The notes under the pieces: generated by a model
Database searches by the model: none
Seen by the model: the letters and a program-made list of their open reading frames with translations, nothing else
What the model was told of the DNA's origin: nothing
Source: Spirochaetota bacterium
GTDB lineage: Bacteria > Spirochaetota > UBA4802 > JAFGDQ01
Assembly: GCA_043803405.1 (NCBI GenBank)
Contig: JAZDKB010000019.1
Span: 64,001 to 128,000 of the forward strand
Direction of reading: 5' to 3'
DNA length: 64,000 bases
Part shown: positions 37,938-47,972 of the stretch, piece after piece
Position numbering within the stretch: position 1 is the first letter of the stretch
How the letters are laid out: every line of letters begins with the position of its first letter
Position numbers and translations under genes: made by a program

Positions 37938-39320
37938 TTATTCCAGGTAAACTTTTTCAGTTTCCGGAAGCGTTAGATTTTTAGGCAGATCGCCAGCTTC
38001 CACTGCAAGTAAAGGCGATATCTCAATTACTTTAACATTCTCAGGAATAGTAATTTTTTTTTCAATAAGCCATTTGCGGTGTAAATTGCTCATAAGTTTT
38101 TTTGCCGTGTCCGGGGAGTCGACACCGTTTGCATTCTTTACAGGCGCGAATTCTTCTTCACGCCTTGTTTCAAGTATTGTATTTTTGTCAGTCAGCGAAA
38201 GAGTATCAAAAATAAATTTTTCATATTTTAGACTGTCTACATCCTTATCTTTACCATTTACTAAAGCTTTAATTTTTTTCTGCGCAGTGTGATACTGAAG
38301 CGAAGAAATGCTGCCGGAAATAATTGACTCGATATATTTTGTATTAAAAACATGAATGGCAATGCTGCCCATACAGAATTTTAAATTCCCATTATTGTCG
38401 GTTTCGGTCTGTTTTCCCTGCGGTAAGTCCGAATATTCAACAATACCTGTTTTCCCGTTATTAAATTTAACAAATACTCCTACCTTCTCGCCGGGATCGG
38501 TTTTCATTACTCCTTTGCTCGATACGTCCGATCCGTTAAGAACGTGAAATCCGATAAAAAGCGGATCTACTATATTAACCAGAGGATTATCGATCTGAAA
38601 GTACGAAATAACGTCTATCTTTCTGCGGGATAGTTCATCCAGAATCCCTGAAGATGACAATGCAGTTAATGTTCCGCCATGACCGTCCGGATTCAAACAC
38701 AGGCTGCTTTGTGTTTTCAGCAATAATTTTCCGCTTAAATCAAGAGAGGGTATCATTTTTTGAGAAAAGAAAAACACATTTTCCGGGTTTAATCCGAAAT
38801 ATTTATTATTTTTAAAATATCCGACCGTGTCCGAATGATTTTCTTTAGAGGTCATAATAAGCCACGGCATTGCAATTTTATATTTTTTTGAATAAAATAA
38901 TAATTTTTCCGCATGTATCTGGAATAATGATTTATTTTTTACCGGACTTATGGGGAGCATTCCCTTAGGGCCGTCAAAACCAAGCCGCGTGCCCTGGCCG
39001 CCTGCGACTAAAAGTACTGCTGTTCTTCCATGAGAAATATACTCCATACCTTTTTTTACTGCTTTAATAAAACTATCAGCATCCGTTCCGCCTCCAAAAA
39101 GCGGGATATAAGGAGCAGGTTCAAAGTCAACATTTCCAACGGATAAAGCGGACTTCTGTGCATATAATTTGTTCATCAAATCGAAGTCAACATCATTCAA
39201 TTCCAAAATCAGGTTTTGTTTATCATTACTATTTAATTGATCCCAATAGTGAAAAACCTGTTCCTGTTTATTTTTATATACTGCATCGATTATTTGTTCA
39301 TATCCTGTGTAACTAATCAT
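37938..39320 (-). CDS. UDPGP-family nucleotidyltransferase, UDP-N-acetylglucosamine pyrophosphorylase-like
   Basis: VAGGQGTRLGFDGPKG, PDGHGG, QIDNPL, VEYSDL, KYEKFIFD, EEFAPVKN. Confidence 0.9.
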   Translation of the reverse strand: MISYTGYEQIIDAVYKNKQEQVFHYWDQLNSNDKQNLILELNDVDFDLMNKLYAQKSALSVGNVDFEPAPYIPLFGGGTDADSFIKAVKKGMEYISHGRTAVLLVAGGQGTRLGFDGPKGMLPISPVKNKSLFQIHAEKLLFYSKKYKIAMPWLIMTSKENHSDTVGYFKNNKYFGLNPENVFFFSQKMIPSLDLSGKLLLKTQSSLCLNPDGHGGTLTALSSSGILDELSRRKIDVISYFQIDNPLVNIVDPLFIGFHVLNGSDVSSKGVMKTDPGEKVGVFVKFNNGKTGIVEYSDLPQGKQTETDNNGNLKFCMGSIAIHVFNTKYIESIISGSISSLQYHTAQKKIKALVNGKDKDVDSLKYEKFIFDTLSLTDKNTILETRREEEFAPVKNANGVDSPDTAKKLMSNLHRKWLIEKKITIPENVKVIEISPLLAVEAGDLPKNLTLPETEKVYLE

Positions 39321-39522
39321 AAAATTAAATCCTGAAAATAAATAAATTATTTAAAGTTTGCTTATTATTTATTAAAATTATAATTCCGGAATAAAGAAGC
39401 TGAAAAATTACGCGTTTCGGCAACCTCTATGTGTCAAATTAATTTACTTAACAAATTGAGTAAATTAAAAAATCTATAATTATTCAGAAAGTTAATAGGT
39501 TTATTTCAAGACCTTGAAACAT

Positions 39523-39587
39523 AATACCCCGCTGATGCCGAAGGCGGAAGCCGGTGCGAAAGCACCGGGGGCTTGCCCCTGGGAATT
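39523..39587. repeat. GC-rich multi-hairpin (REP-like) element in a divergent intergenic region
   Basis: Hairpins GCC-GAA-GGC, CCGGTGC-GAAA-GCACCGG and GGGGCTTGCCCC, enclosed by AATACCCC/TGGGAATT. Confidence 0.6.
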
Positions 39588-39820
39588 TTATTTTAGAATT
39601 TTTTACTCAATAACAATATATGAAAAACATTCTAAATATAATGAACTATTATTTAAGATTTGACAAGTTATGTTTCATTTAAATATTGGTTTTTTTAAAG
39701 AGGAATTGATGAGAATCAAACTGATCAGGTTTAAGGATTTTCGGAGATAAACTTCTTTCCGGATGGTATTTTCTTTAATAATTTGAATTATTATATTTTT
39801 TAAAAAAAATAAAAAAAATG

Positions 39821-39849
39821 TTGCATATAAATTTGGTCTTAGTTATAAT
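39821..39849 (+). promoter_or_regulatory. Sigma70 promoter
   Basis: TTGCAT-17 bp-TATAAT with an upstream A-tract. Confidence 0.65.
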
Positions 39850-39929
39850 ATTAGGTAAATAATCGAAAAGCAGCACAAGAAATACGACTTGTAATATGGG
39901 CAAAACTTTATTTATTAAGGAGTAATTCT

Positions 39930-40739
39930 ATGATTTTTAAAAGAACAAATATTATTTTAGCAGTTTGTTTTATTATTTCTTTGGTTATTCCGTCACTTGT
40001 TTATTCTCAGCAAGCGGCTCAACCGGGATCACAGGTTAAGGAACAGCCAAAACAGACAACCGGTAAGAGAGTCCATCCCAGGGAAGAGTACTCTCCTGAT
40101 CAAAGACCTGAAGAGGATTATCTTGCGCGATTCAAAGGGATTGAAGTTTCAGAGCGTCTTATGAAAGATAACCTGGAAAACATTTATATGCTTAATGTTA
40201 TTGCTTCAAATTTCAAAGATCAGGGCTGGGAAAAAGAATATAAAGATATTTATGAAGAATATAAAAAAGCAGTATCAAAATACTACAGAAGACAGGTAAT
40301 TTATTCAAGACTTGAATTAGAAAGAAATAAGAAGCATATAAACGATTTATTCAAGAAGGTTGTTGCTGTTTATTCGGATCAGGCATTTGCTATGCTGGAT
40401 GAATGCGCCGAGAAAATACTCAATTTTTCTCTCGATGAAAGAAATAAATTCGATCCAAACAGAAGCAGAGTGCTTTTCCATAATATGATGAGGTTGTGGA
40501 TTGCTTATGGACAGACTGACGATGCAGACTCGGCCGGGCTCGATAGTCTATACAAGAATTCAGTTTATCATTTAAGAATAGCCAAAGCTTATGCGATTCA
40601 GATTCTTGAGGATCTTAGCCCTGAAGGAACAAAAGCGGAACAGTTTAAAGTTCATAAGGCCGATAATTTAAATAGAATTTTAAGTTCGGAAACAGCAAAA
40701 TCGACCAGCCCCGGACCACAAAGCAGTCCTGGAAAATAA
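39930..40739 (+). CDS. Exported alpha-helical hypothetical protein
   Basis: Signal peptide, strong TAAGGAG RBS, own promoter and terminator. Confidence 0.8.
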   Translation: MIFKRTNIILAVCFIISLVIPSLVYSQQAAQPGSQVKEQPKQTTGKRVHPREEYSPDQRPEEDYLARFKGIEVSERLMKDNLENIYMLNVIASNFKDQGWEKEYKDIYEEYKKAVSKYYRRQVIYSRLELERNKKHINDLFKKVVAVYSDQAFAMLDECAEKILNFSLDERNKFDPNRSRVLFHNMMRLWIAYGQTDDADSAGLDSLYKNSVYHLRIAKAYAIQILEDLSPEGTKAEQFKVHKADNLNRILSSETAKSTSPGPQSSPGK

Positions 40740-40766
40740 AAGTATTTTAATATGTGTTTACTGATT

Positions 40767-40801
40767 AAAGGGGGGACATTGTTCCCCCTTTTGTATTTTT
40801 T
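40767..40801 (+). terminator. Rho-independent terminator
   Basis: AAAGGGGGGAC-ATT-GTTCCCCTTT followed by a T-rich tail. Confidence 0.65.
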
Positions 40802-40890
40802 ATACATATATATATCCACTAGACCGTCACATTTCAATTTTCGGCACTATAAACAAGTAAAAACGAGTATGACAGTGTACTACTATCCCG

Positions 40891-42249
40891 ATGCAAATAT
40901 ATCATAAACTGAAAAAAAGATTAAAGCTTTTTTTATTCGTAATCCTGATATTAGTAATTTCCCCGACCGATATTAATATTGCTGAGTTTCCGGAATACAG
41001 GGTTGTCATTGATCCGGGTCACGGCGGTTTTTCTCTTACTCCGAAAAAAAAGCATGGTGACAGATATGATTCGATATCGAAAAAATATCTGTCAGATTAT
41101 CTTGCCGGAACGAATTATTTGAATGTTGAAGAGCGGTTCATAACATACAGCATAGCAAAAAAAGTTAAAACAATTTTAGATCTTACATTGCATAACGGGA
41201 ATTTCGGGAAGTTTAAAAATATTCTGAATAAATTTACTGATGATAATCCCCGCAGAATAATTGTAAAAATCAAATTAAGCAGACCGGAATCGTTAAACTA
41301 TAATGGAATTAAAGGGGAAGATCCAAATTCGGAATACAGACTTTTCGATTTTTATAATAAACACGGCAATAAAAAATACGGCAGAATATCAATAATAAAT
41401 TCGTTTAAACCGCATCTTGTAGTTTCTTTGCATTGCGATTTGCAGGCACCCTTATATTATAGAGGGATTAATCCTGTTATTTTAGCTCCCTTTCCCGTGT
41501 TAAATTCCGGATTGAATTATTTACAAAACAAAGGGAAGGACAGGAAGTTTTTTTTTAATAGTCCTTATGGCGACTGGTTTACCGAATCTGTTAAAAGAAG
41601 CGGGTTCGAATGGTTTTTAAAGGATGTTTCTGTTTATTTTACAAGTTTCCCGGTTGACAGCAATTGTAATGTTGAAGACAAATTTATGGGATATTTGTAT
41701 AATATGGTTAACTGGCAGTATAGTGATTTTTCCGGTTGGGAAATCACAGCGAAAAGACATAGAAAAAACACTCAATATTCTAAAGAAGCTAAGGATTTTA
41801 TCCTTCAAGGAAAATTCTGGGACAGGGAACAATCCATATATGAAAAATACAGGCGCGATGGAGGAAATGAGGGATTCGGCGGTGATAATTTATATGCTTC
41901 GGCTGAAATAATCCGGTACATATTATTTTCATTGTTTTTGTCTGGTAATTTTTATCCGGGACAGAAACCAGGTAAACCTTATATTTCCATATGGTCTTTG
42001 CCGATATTAGTTAATGCAATTACTGCTTATATTGAGTTAGGTTATTTGAAAAATGAAAGGGACAGATTTACTTTGACGAAGAAACAGGACGAAATCGCCG
42101 AAGGTATAGCTGTAGGCGTTTATTCATTATTCGCCGGGATGAAACCCTGTGATAAAAAATTTAAATATTTACCTAATGGTAAAAAAATTGAATTGGATAA
42201 ATATAACTTGCCATCCGGTCGCAGCTATTTTGATGTTGTTGTTCAGTGA
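40891..42249 (+). CDS. N-acetylmuramoyl-L-alanine amidase (Amidase_3) with large insertions
   Basis: VVIDPGHGG, conserved Glu, VSLHCD, YIELGYL. Confidence 0.8.
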   Translation: MQIYHKLKKRLKLFLFVILILVISPTDINIAEFPEYRVVIDPGHGGFSLTPKKKHGDRYDSISKKYLSDYLAGTNYLNVEERFITYSIAKKVKTILDLTLHNGNFGKFKNILNKFTDDNPRRIIVKIKLSRPESLNYNGIKGEDPNSEYRLFDFYNKHGNKKYGRISIINSFKPHLVVSLHCDLQAPLYYRGINPVILAPFPVLNSGLNYLQNKGKDRKFFFNSPYGDWFTESVKRSGFEWFLKDVSVYFTSFPVDSNCNVEDKFMGYLYNMVNWQYSDFSGWEITAKRHRKNTQYSKEAKDFILQGKFWDREQSIYEKYRRDGGNEGFGGDNLYASAEIIRYILFSLFLSGNFYPGQKPGKPYISIWSLPILVNAITAYIELGYLKNERDRFTLTKKQDEIAEGIAVGVYSLFAGMKPCDKKFKYLPNGKKIELDKYNLPSGRSYFDVVVQ

Positions 42250-42277
42250 GAGCTATATTATATCTATAAAAATTTAA

Positions 42278-43615
42278 ATGAAAAATATAAGCATTAGTTT
42301 GATTTTAAAAATGAAATCCATGAGAAAAATAATAATTTCTATTTTATTTTTATCGATTATCATATCATTTAACAGGCTTAATGCCGCGCAGCTTGATTTT
42401 AATAAGCCATTTATGAATGCTGCTGCAAAGGCCAAGCCGGCAGTTGTTAATATTATAATTTATAAAGAGTCAGGAAAGAATTCGGAAAAGAATCTCGTTA
42501 TGTCCGGATACGGCTCAGGAACGATTATTTCAGATAAAGGTTATATTGCAACAAATTATCACGTTCTAAAAAAAGGCAGCCTGTACAGGATTATTCTTCA
42601 CGACGGAAGAGAATGCCAGGCTACGAGTTTTCCCAACGGGGAAATATTTATTGCGGATGAAAAAACGGATATTGCTCTTCTAAGAATAGATGAAAATGAA
42701 ATATTGAATATTAGTCCGATTCCTTTTGCCGACTCGGATGAATTATGTGAAGGCGAGTGGGTCATGGCAATAGGTAATCCTTATGGTTTAAAGCAATCAA
42801 TTACATGCGGTATTGTATCATCTAAAGGGAGAAGCGATATAGGATTTGCCGATATAGAAGACTTTATTCAGACAGATGTATCCATTAATCCCGGTAATTC
42901 AGGCGGACCTCTTATCAATCTGGATGGCAAACTCGTTGGAATTAATACTGCCATACGTACAAAATCCGGCGGATATCAGGGAATTAGTTTTGCAATTCCA
43001 TCCAAGATTATAAAGCAAGTATATTCAGAACTGTTAAAATACGGAAGGGTAAGACGTGGCTGGCTGGGTTTTATTGCCCAGGAAAAACAAATATCCGGCG
43101 GGAGAGAGAATAGACTTTTAGAAATAATATCTGTAATTAAAAATTCGCCTGCGGAATTATCCGGAGTCCGGAAAGGTGATATTATTAAGGAAATAGACGG
43201 GAAAGCAATGGCTACTCTTGGGGAAATAATTAATTATGTCAGCTATAAGCCGATCGGATCAACCTTAAATATAAGCATTACGCGCAACGGAAAAATTTAT
43301 GATTATAATTTACTCTTAAGAGAAAAAGAAGTTTATAAAAAAATCCAGAACATGCTTGAAAATATTTATTTTAATTATGGCTTAGAAGTTGATATTAATT
43401 CTATAACTGGAAATGTTGTAATATCCTATCTTTCACCGATGGGCATGGCATACCAGAGCGGTCTTAAAAAAGGTGATGTAATTTTATCTGTCAATGGATA
43501 CAATGTGACTAACCTTGATGAATTTTTAAAAATTGTTAAAAAAAATAATTATATTACACAATTGAGGATACACAGGGGTGCCAGAGATTATACTGTAGAA
43601 TTTCAAAACGATTAA
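42278..43615 (+). CDS. HtrA/DegP-family serine protease with two PDZ domains
   Basis: GSGTII, TNYHV, DIALL, INPGNSGGPL and two PDZ-like regions. Confidence 0.95.
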   Translation: MKNISISLILKMKSMRKIIISILFLSIIISFNRLNAAQLDFNKPFMNAAAKAKPAVVNIIIYKESGKNSEKNLVMSGYGSGTIISDKGYIATNYHVLKKGSLYRIILHDGRECQATSFPNGEIFIADEKTDIALLRIDENEILNISPIPFADSDELCEGEWVMAIGNPYGLKQSITCGIVSSKGRSDIGFADIEDFIQTDVSINPGNSGGPLINLDGKLVGINTAIRTKSGGYQGISFAIPSKIIKQVYSELLKYGRVRRGWLGFIAQEKQISGGRENRLLEIISVIKNSPAELSGVRKGDIIKEIDGKAMATLGEIINYVSYKPIGSTLNISITRNGKIYDYNLLLREKEVYKKIQNMLENIYFNYGLEVDINSITGNVVISYLSPMGMAYQSGLKKGDVILSVNGYNVTNLDEFLKIVKKNNYITQLRIHRGARDYTVEFQND

Positions 43616-43698
43616 AATTAAATAAATAATTTATGAACACAGGCTCGAAATCTATTTAAGTGATAGAATTTAATTAAAGAGAATATTAATATTGAACT

Positions 43699-44145
43699 AT
43701 GAAATATACTAATCTAAAAGTAGTTTTAGTGATATTAATTTTATTATTTGCGGATTATTCTTCATCCCAAATAAAGAAAAAACCGGTTATTCAATGGAAT
43801 CAGGCATTCTACACTAAGATATTAAATTTAAAAGCCATAGAGCGGGATAGTTTGCTGAACGAAATGCAAAACAGTATTGTTCAGGGCAGGGCTTATGTTG
43901 AATCAGTCGAGAAAACCGAACGATATCGCAGACATTTTAGAATTACGGCAATAGATAATGAAGCATCGGATTTAAATATCAGGCTTTATATTTTTACGGA
44001 TAATCAGGAATATCTGACCTTGCTTCAAAAAGGCGATTTTTTTGATTTTAAGGGCCAGTTTGTTGTATATACGCCGCTTAATTCAAGGAGAGATTCATAT
44101 ATTTTTGATATAATTCTTGAAGAAGGCGCATTAAGCGTTAAATAA
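43699..44145 (+). CDS. Exported hypothetical protein
   Basis: 148-aa ORF with a signal peptide; beta-rich, possibly OB-fold. Confidence 0.65.
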   Translation: MKYTNLKVVLVILILLFADYSSSQIKKKPVIQWNQAFYTKILNLKAIERDSLLNEMQNSIVQGRAYVESVEKTERYRRHFRITAIDNEASDLNIRLYIFTDNQEYLTLLQKGDFFDFKGQFVVYTPLNSRRDSYIFDIILEEGALSVK

Positions 44146-44374
44146 TTTGATAAAGAAAATTAGTTTTTTATCGGATTTTTAAAAATGTTGTTGAAAAAAT
44201 AGGTCTGTTTATACTAATTGTTGCTTTAGTCATAAAATCGCTCTATTTTTAATATAGACCTTTATTCCTGACAGATTAGGGATAAAGCTATTGATTATAC
44301 CATAATTAATTTATGGATATATTGACAACATTTGTTGTTATAATATAATAAATATAAATAAAAGGAATAAAATC

Positions 44375-44662
44375 GTGAGTTATGAATTAACACTCATTTT
44401 AAGGGTTACAGATAATATCGAATCCTTAAAAGAATTAATTAAAAAAATATTTCAAAAATATGGAGTTACGGTTGTTTCGGAAGATAAATGGGACGTGAAA
44501 AAACTGGCATATCCTATTGATGATGAAACTGATGGGTATTATATTTTTATGGCTATTGAGTCTCCTACTGACTCTATTGATAAAATAATCGCAGATTTTC
44601 GACTTAATAATGATATTTTGCGATATTTTTTCATTAAAGACCGCAGTAAAAAGATTGCATAA
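44375..44662 (+). CDS. rpsF: 30S ribosomal protein S6
   Basis: YELTLIL, WDVKKLAYPI, GYY, DILRY. GTG start. Confidence 0.93.
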   Translation: MSYELTLILRVTDNIESLKELIKKIFQKYGVTVVSEDKWDVKKLAYPIDDETDGYYIFMAIESPTDSIDKIIADFRLNNDILRYFFIKDRSKKIA

Positions 44663-44715
44663 CTTTAATAAATTAATTAATTTGAAGATAAAAATAAGGA
44701 TATAGAGGTAAGATA

Positions 44716-45183
44716 ATGCCTGATGAGAATGTTCATTCAGCACCAAATGCTGAAAATATCGAAAACAAAGGTCCTAATGGCGGATCGAGAATAGCTGAAA
44801 ATCCTAAAGAAAACGAAATAGCCGCTCGTGCTGAAGAAGTATCTCCTGAAGTGAGTAATGCTGCTGCTCCTGTCGCAGGGAAGCCTGAGCAAGCGAAAAA
44901 ATTTTATCATAGAAAACCGGGCAGAGGTCCATCAAACGGTTCTTCCGATTCTAAAGACTCTCAGAGACAAGCTAGATATAGAAAAAAGATGTGCAGGTTT
45001 TGTTTAGATAAAAATTTCAAGGTTAATTACAGGGATTCCCTTATTCTTGGAAATTATATTACTGAACGCGGTAAAATTTTACCGAGAAGAATTACCGGAA
45101 CTTGCGCCAAGCATCAAAGAGATGTTTCAAGAGCTATTAAGAGAGCCAGAATTCTTGCCGTCTTGCCGTTTACTGTTAAATAA
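44716..45183 (+). CDS. rpsR: 30S ribosomal protein S18 (Zn-binding C+ type) with a long N-terminal extension
   Basis: [50 protein letters not shown] before ATG 44716. Confidence 0.93.
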   Translation: MPDENVHSAPNAENIENKGPNGGSRIAENPKENEIAARAEEVSPEVSNAAAPVAGKPEQAKKFYHRKPGRGPSNGSSDSKDSQRQARYRKKMCRFCLDKNFKVNYRDSLILGNYITERGKILPRRITGTCAKHQRDVSRAIKRARILAVLPFTVK

Positions 45184-45188
45184 GAAAT

Positions 45189-46118
45189 GTGATCATATTA
45201 ATATCTTTAATAATTGGTATATTTGTACTTGTAGGTACGGCAAGAATTTGTTATAAATTTCCGTGGAAATTTAATTATTTATTTTTTTTACTTCCCGTAC
45301 TTTTTGCCCTGGCTATTTTTCCGGGGAATGACTTTTTTAATTCTATAATTTCTTTCATTATTATAGGTGCTGCTGCAGGATATACATTTAAAAATAACAA
45401 GAATCTGCGATTTTTTATTTTTGTGACTTCATTGTCAATAACCTTCATCTTTGCGTTTAATCATTATTATTTGAAGAATGTTAAAAATATCGATATTCTT
45501 CAGGAAAACAAAAATAAATTTGCTGATATTTTAAAAGAAAGTAATGTCACTGAATCCGAAAAAAAACAGATGATTCAGAAGATAGATGAAACATTGTATA
45601 TTGTTAAGGATATGATGCCTTTTGCTTACTTTTTAAGCGCATTTATTCTTTCAATCGCAGGATTTTATATAATGAAATTTTTATTTATTTACTGGAAATT
45701 TAATAGACCCGATAACGCGGAAAAAAAATTAAAAGGGGAAGAAAATAATAAAAATATATTTTTTGATGGTATCGAAAAATTTAAAGTTATCGATTACCTG
45801 ATTTTTATTTATATTGCAGCGTGGTTTATTGTTTTACTTGTTGACAAAATGAATTATTATTTTTTATATATTGCCGGACTCAATATTGCATTAATTTTAG
45901 CTTGTTTTTATTTAATTCAGGCTTTTGGTATATTAAAATTCTTTTTAAAGAAAAAAGGTCTGCCATCCTCCTTAATGTTATTGATAGTTTTTTCTTTGCT
46001 GGTATTCGGCATGGAATATATGATGTTTTCGCTAATAATACTATCCAGTATTGGTGCTATTGACTTTTGGGCGGATTTTAGAAAATTGGATATGGATGTT
46101 AAACAATCAAATTTATAA
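45189..46118 (+). CDS. DUF2232 / YybS-like membrane protein
   Basis: Multi-TM, C-terminal IGAIDFWADFRK, located between rpsR and rplI. Confidence 0.8.
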   Translation: MIILISLIIGIFVLVGTARICYKFPWKFNYLFFLLPVLFALAIFPGNDFFNSIISFIIIGAAAGYTFKNNKNLRFFIFVTSLSITFIFAFNHYYLKNVKNIDILQENKNKFADILKESNVTESEKKQMIQKIDETLYIVKDMMPFAYFLSAFILSIAGFYIMKFLFIYWKFNRPDNAEKKLKGEENNKNIFFDGIEKFKVIDYLIFIYIAAWFIVLLVDKMNYYFLYIAGLNIALILACFYLIQAFGILKFFLKKKGLPSSLMLLIVFSLLVFGMEYMMFSLIILSSIGAIDFWADFRKLDMDVKQSNL

Positions 46119-46155
46119 TTGTAGTTGTTGCAATTACTGTAAAACGGAGATTTTT

Positions 46156-46599
46156 ATGAAAGTTATACTTCAAAAGGATGTTCAAAATCTGGGTGAGGCC
46201 GGCGACCTTAAGGATGTTGCTAACGGATACGCGAGGAATTATCTTTTACCGCGCAACCTGGTAATGATAGCGAATGAAACCAGCAAAAAAATTCTTGAAC
46301 ATCAGAATAAATTAATTAAAATAAAGAAAGCCAAACGCAGAAAACAAAGCGAAAAACTACTTGAATCGATTAATAATCTGGAGATTAAAATTACCGCTAA
46401 TGCAGGTGATGAGGGAAAGCTTTTTGGTGCTGTTACTCCAATAGATATTTCAAAAAAACTAAAAGAACTTGGTTTTGAGATAGATAAGAGAAAAATTGTC
46501 CAGGCTGAGCCAATTAAGCATATTGGTGAATATAAATTAACCGTTAAACTTGACATAGGATTAAACGCAGACATAAAAGTTATTGTTGAAAAAGGCTGA
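46156..46599 (+). CDS. rplI: 50S ribosomal protein L9
   Basis: MKVILQKDVQNLG..VANGYARNYLLP, GKLFGAVT. ATG at 46156. Confidence 0.97.
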   Translation: MKVILQKDVQNLGEAGDLKDVANGYARNYLLPRNLVMIANETSKKILEHQNKLIKIKKAKRRKQSEKLLESINNLEIKITANAGDEGKLFGAVTPIDISKKLKELGFEIDKRKIVQAEPIKHIGEYKLTVKLDIGLNADIKVIVEKG

Positions 46600-46602
46600 T
46601 GC

Positions 46603-47970
46603 ATGGCTATAGATAATCTGCCACCTCAGGATATTGACGCTGAATCTTCCTGCATTGCTTCTATCCTATTAAGCAAAGATGCTCTTTCAAAGATTACAGG
46701 CATCCTGGAGGTGGACGATTTTTATTTTGATAAACACAGAATTATTTATGAGACAATTCTGGAGCTGGAAAGAAAGAATGCCCCGATTGATCTTCTGACA
46801 CTTAAACAAAAACTCTCAGATAAAAATTTATTCGATACTATAGGCGGCGATCCGGCACTTATTGAACTATATCGCAGTGTTTCAACTTCCGCTAATGCCG
46901 AATTCTATGCAAACCGCATTAAAGAATTAAGCTTAAGACGGAAAATAATAAATGTGTCTACTGAAGCAATAGAAAAATGCCATGATAAATCAAAGGATAC
47001 CGACGAACTCATAGATGAAGTTGAAAGCGAAATATTTAAAGCAACTGAAAGAAGAATAAGTTCTGATTTTATAAGTATCGAATCTGTCATGGAAGTAACC
47101 ATGAGAGATATTCATATACTTTATGAAGCAAAAAAACCTATTACGGGTACGCCAACCGGCTTTACCGACCTTGATTTTCTTTTAACAGGTCTGCATGAGT
47201 CCGAGCTTATTATTATTGCTGCGCGTCCTTCAATGGGCAAAACGTCCCTGGCTCTAAATATTGCGAATAATGTTGCAATAAATGAAAAAAAGCCGGTTTT
47301 GTTTTTCTCTCTTGAAATGCCGGCAACTCAGCTTGGAATGAGATTGTTGTGTATTGAAACAATGATCGATTCGCAGAAAGTCAGGACAGGCAGATTTGAT
47401 TCCGACGAATTAAGAAAATTGACTGAGGTTGCAGAAACGCTTGTTAAGAGTCCAATGTATATTGATGATACTCCGAATGTAAATGTTTTTCAGCTGCGAT
47501 CCAAAGCAAGAAGGATGTTCCAGCAGAGAGGAAATCTCGGAGTCATTATAGTCGATTATCTTCAGCTTATTTCCGGCACGCGCGGTCTTGACAGGCATTT
47601 ACAGATAGCGGAAATAACGCGGTCTTTAAAGCAGATTGCCAGGGAACTCTCCGTACCAATAATTGCTTTATCTCAGCTTTCAAGAGCTGTTGAAAGCAGA
47701 ACAGACCAGAGGCCGCAGCTTTCCGATTTAAGGGAGTCGGGAGCTATAGAGCAGGATGCAGATATTGTGCTTTTTATTTATCGCGAAGAAAGAGTGAATC
47801 CTGAGACCGATAAAAAGGGAATCGCGGAAATAATGATAGCGAAGCAAAGGAACGGCCCCATCGGCAGCGTGGACCTTTTATTCTGGGAACAGCATACAAG
47901 GTTCGGCAATCTTGATAAACTTCATAGCCCGGAAAAACCCAATACTAGCCGTGAAGGCGCTATAAATTAA
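46603..47970 (+). CDS. dnaB: Replicative DNA helicase
   Basis: AARPSMGKT, FSLEM, VDYLQL, SQLSR, SDLRESGAIEQDAD, AKQRNGP. Confidence 0.98.
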   Translation: MAIDNLPPQDIDAESSCIASILLSKDALSKITGILEVDDFYFDKHRIIYETILELERKNAPIDLLTLKQKLSDKNLFDTIGGDPALIELYRSVSTSANAEFYANRIKELSLRRKIINVSTEAIEKCHDKSKDTDELIDEVESEIFKATERRISSDFISIESVMEVTMRDIHILYEAKKPITGTPTGFTDLDFLLTGLHESELIIIAARPSMGKTSLALNIANNVAINEKKPVLFFSLEMPATQLGMRLLCIETMIDSQKVRTGRFDSDELRKLTEVAETLVKSPMYIDDTPNVNVFQLRSKARRMFQQRGNLGVIIVDYLQLISGTRGLDRHLQIAEITRSLKQIARELSVPIIALSQLSRAVESRTDQRPQLSDLRESGAIEQDADIVLFIYREERVNPETDKKGIAEIMIAKQRNGPIGSVDLLFWEQHTRFGNLDKLHSPEKPNTSREGAIN

Positions 47971-47972
47971 GA

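Noticed and set aside
37938..39320. Eukaryote-to-bacterium transfer of a UAP-type pyrophosphorylase
   Set aside because: This family is already known in several bacterial phyla, and nothing here suggests recent transfer.
39541..39580. c-di-GMP-I riboswitch (GAAA-capped stem)
   Set aside because: No GCAAA junctions and no P3 stem with a tetraloop receptor.
39930..40739. Naming this gene as a known Leptospira protein (FcpA, OmpL37)
   Set aside because: I could not match diagnostic sequence from memory, so it is left as hypothetical.
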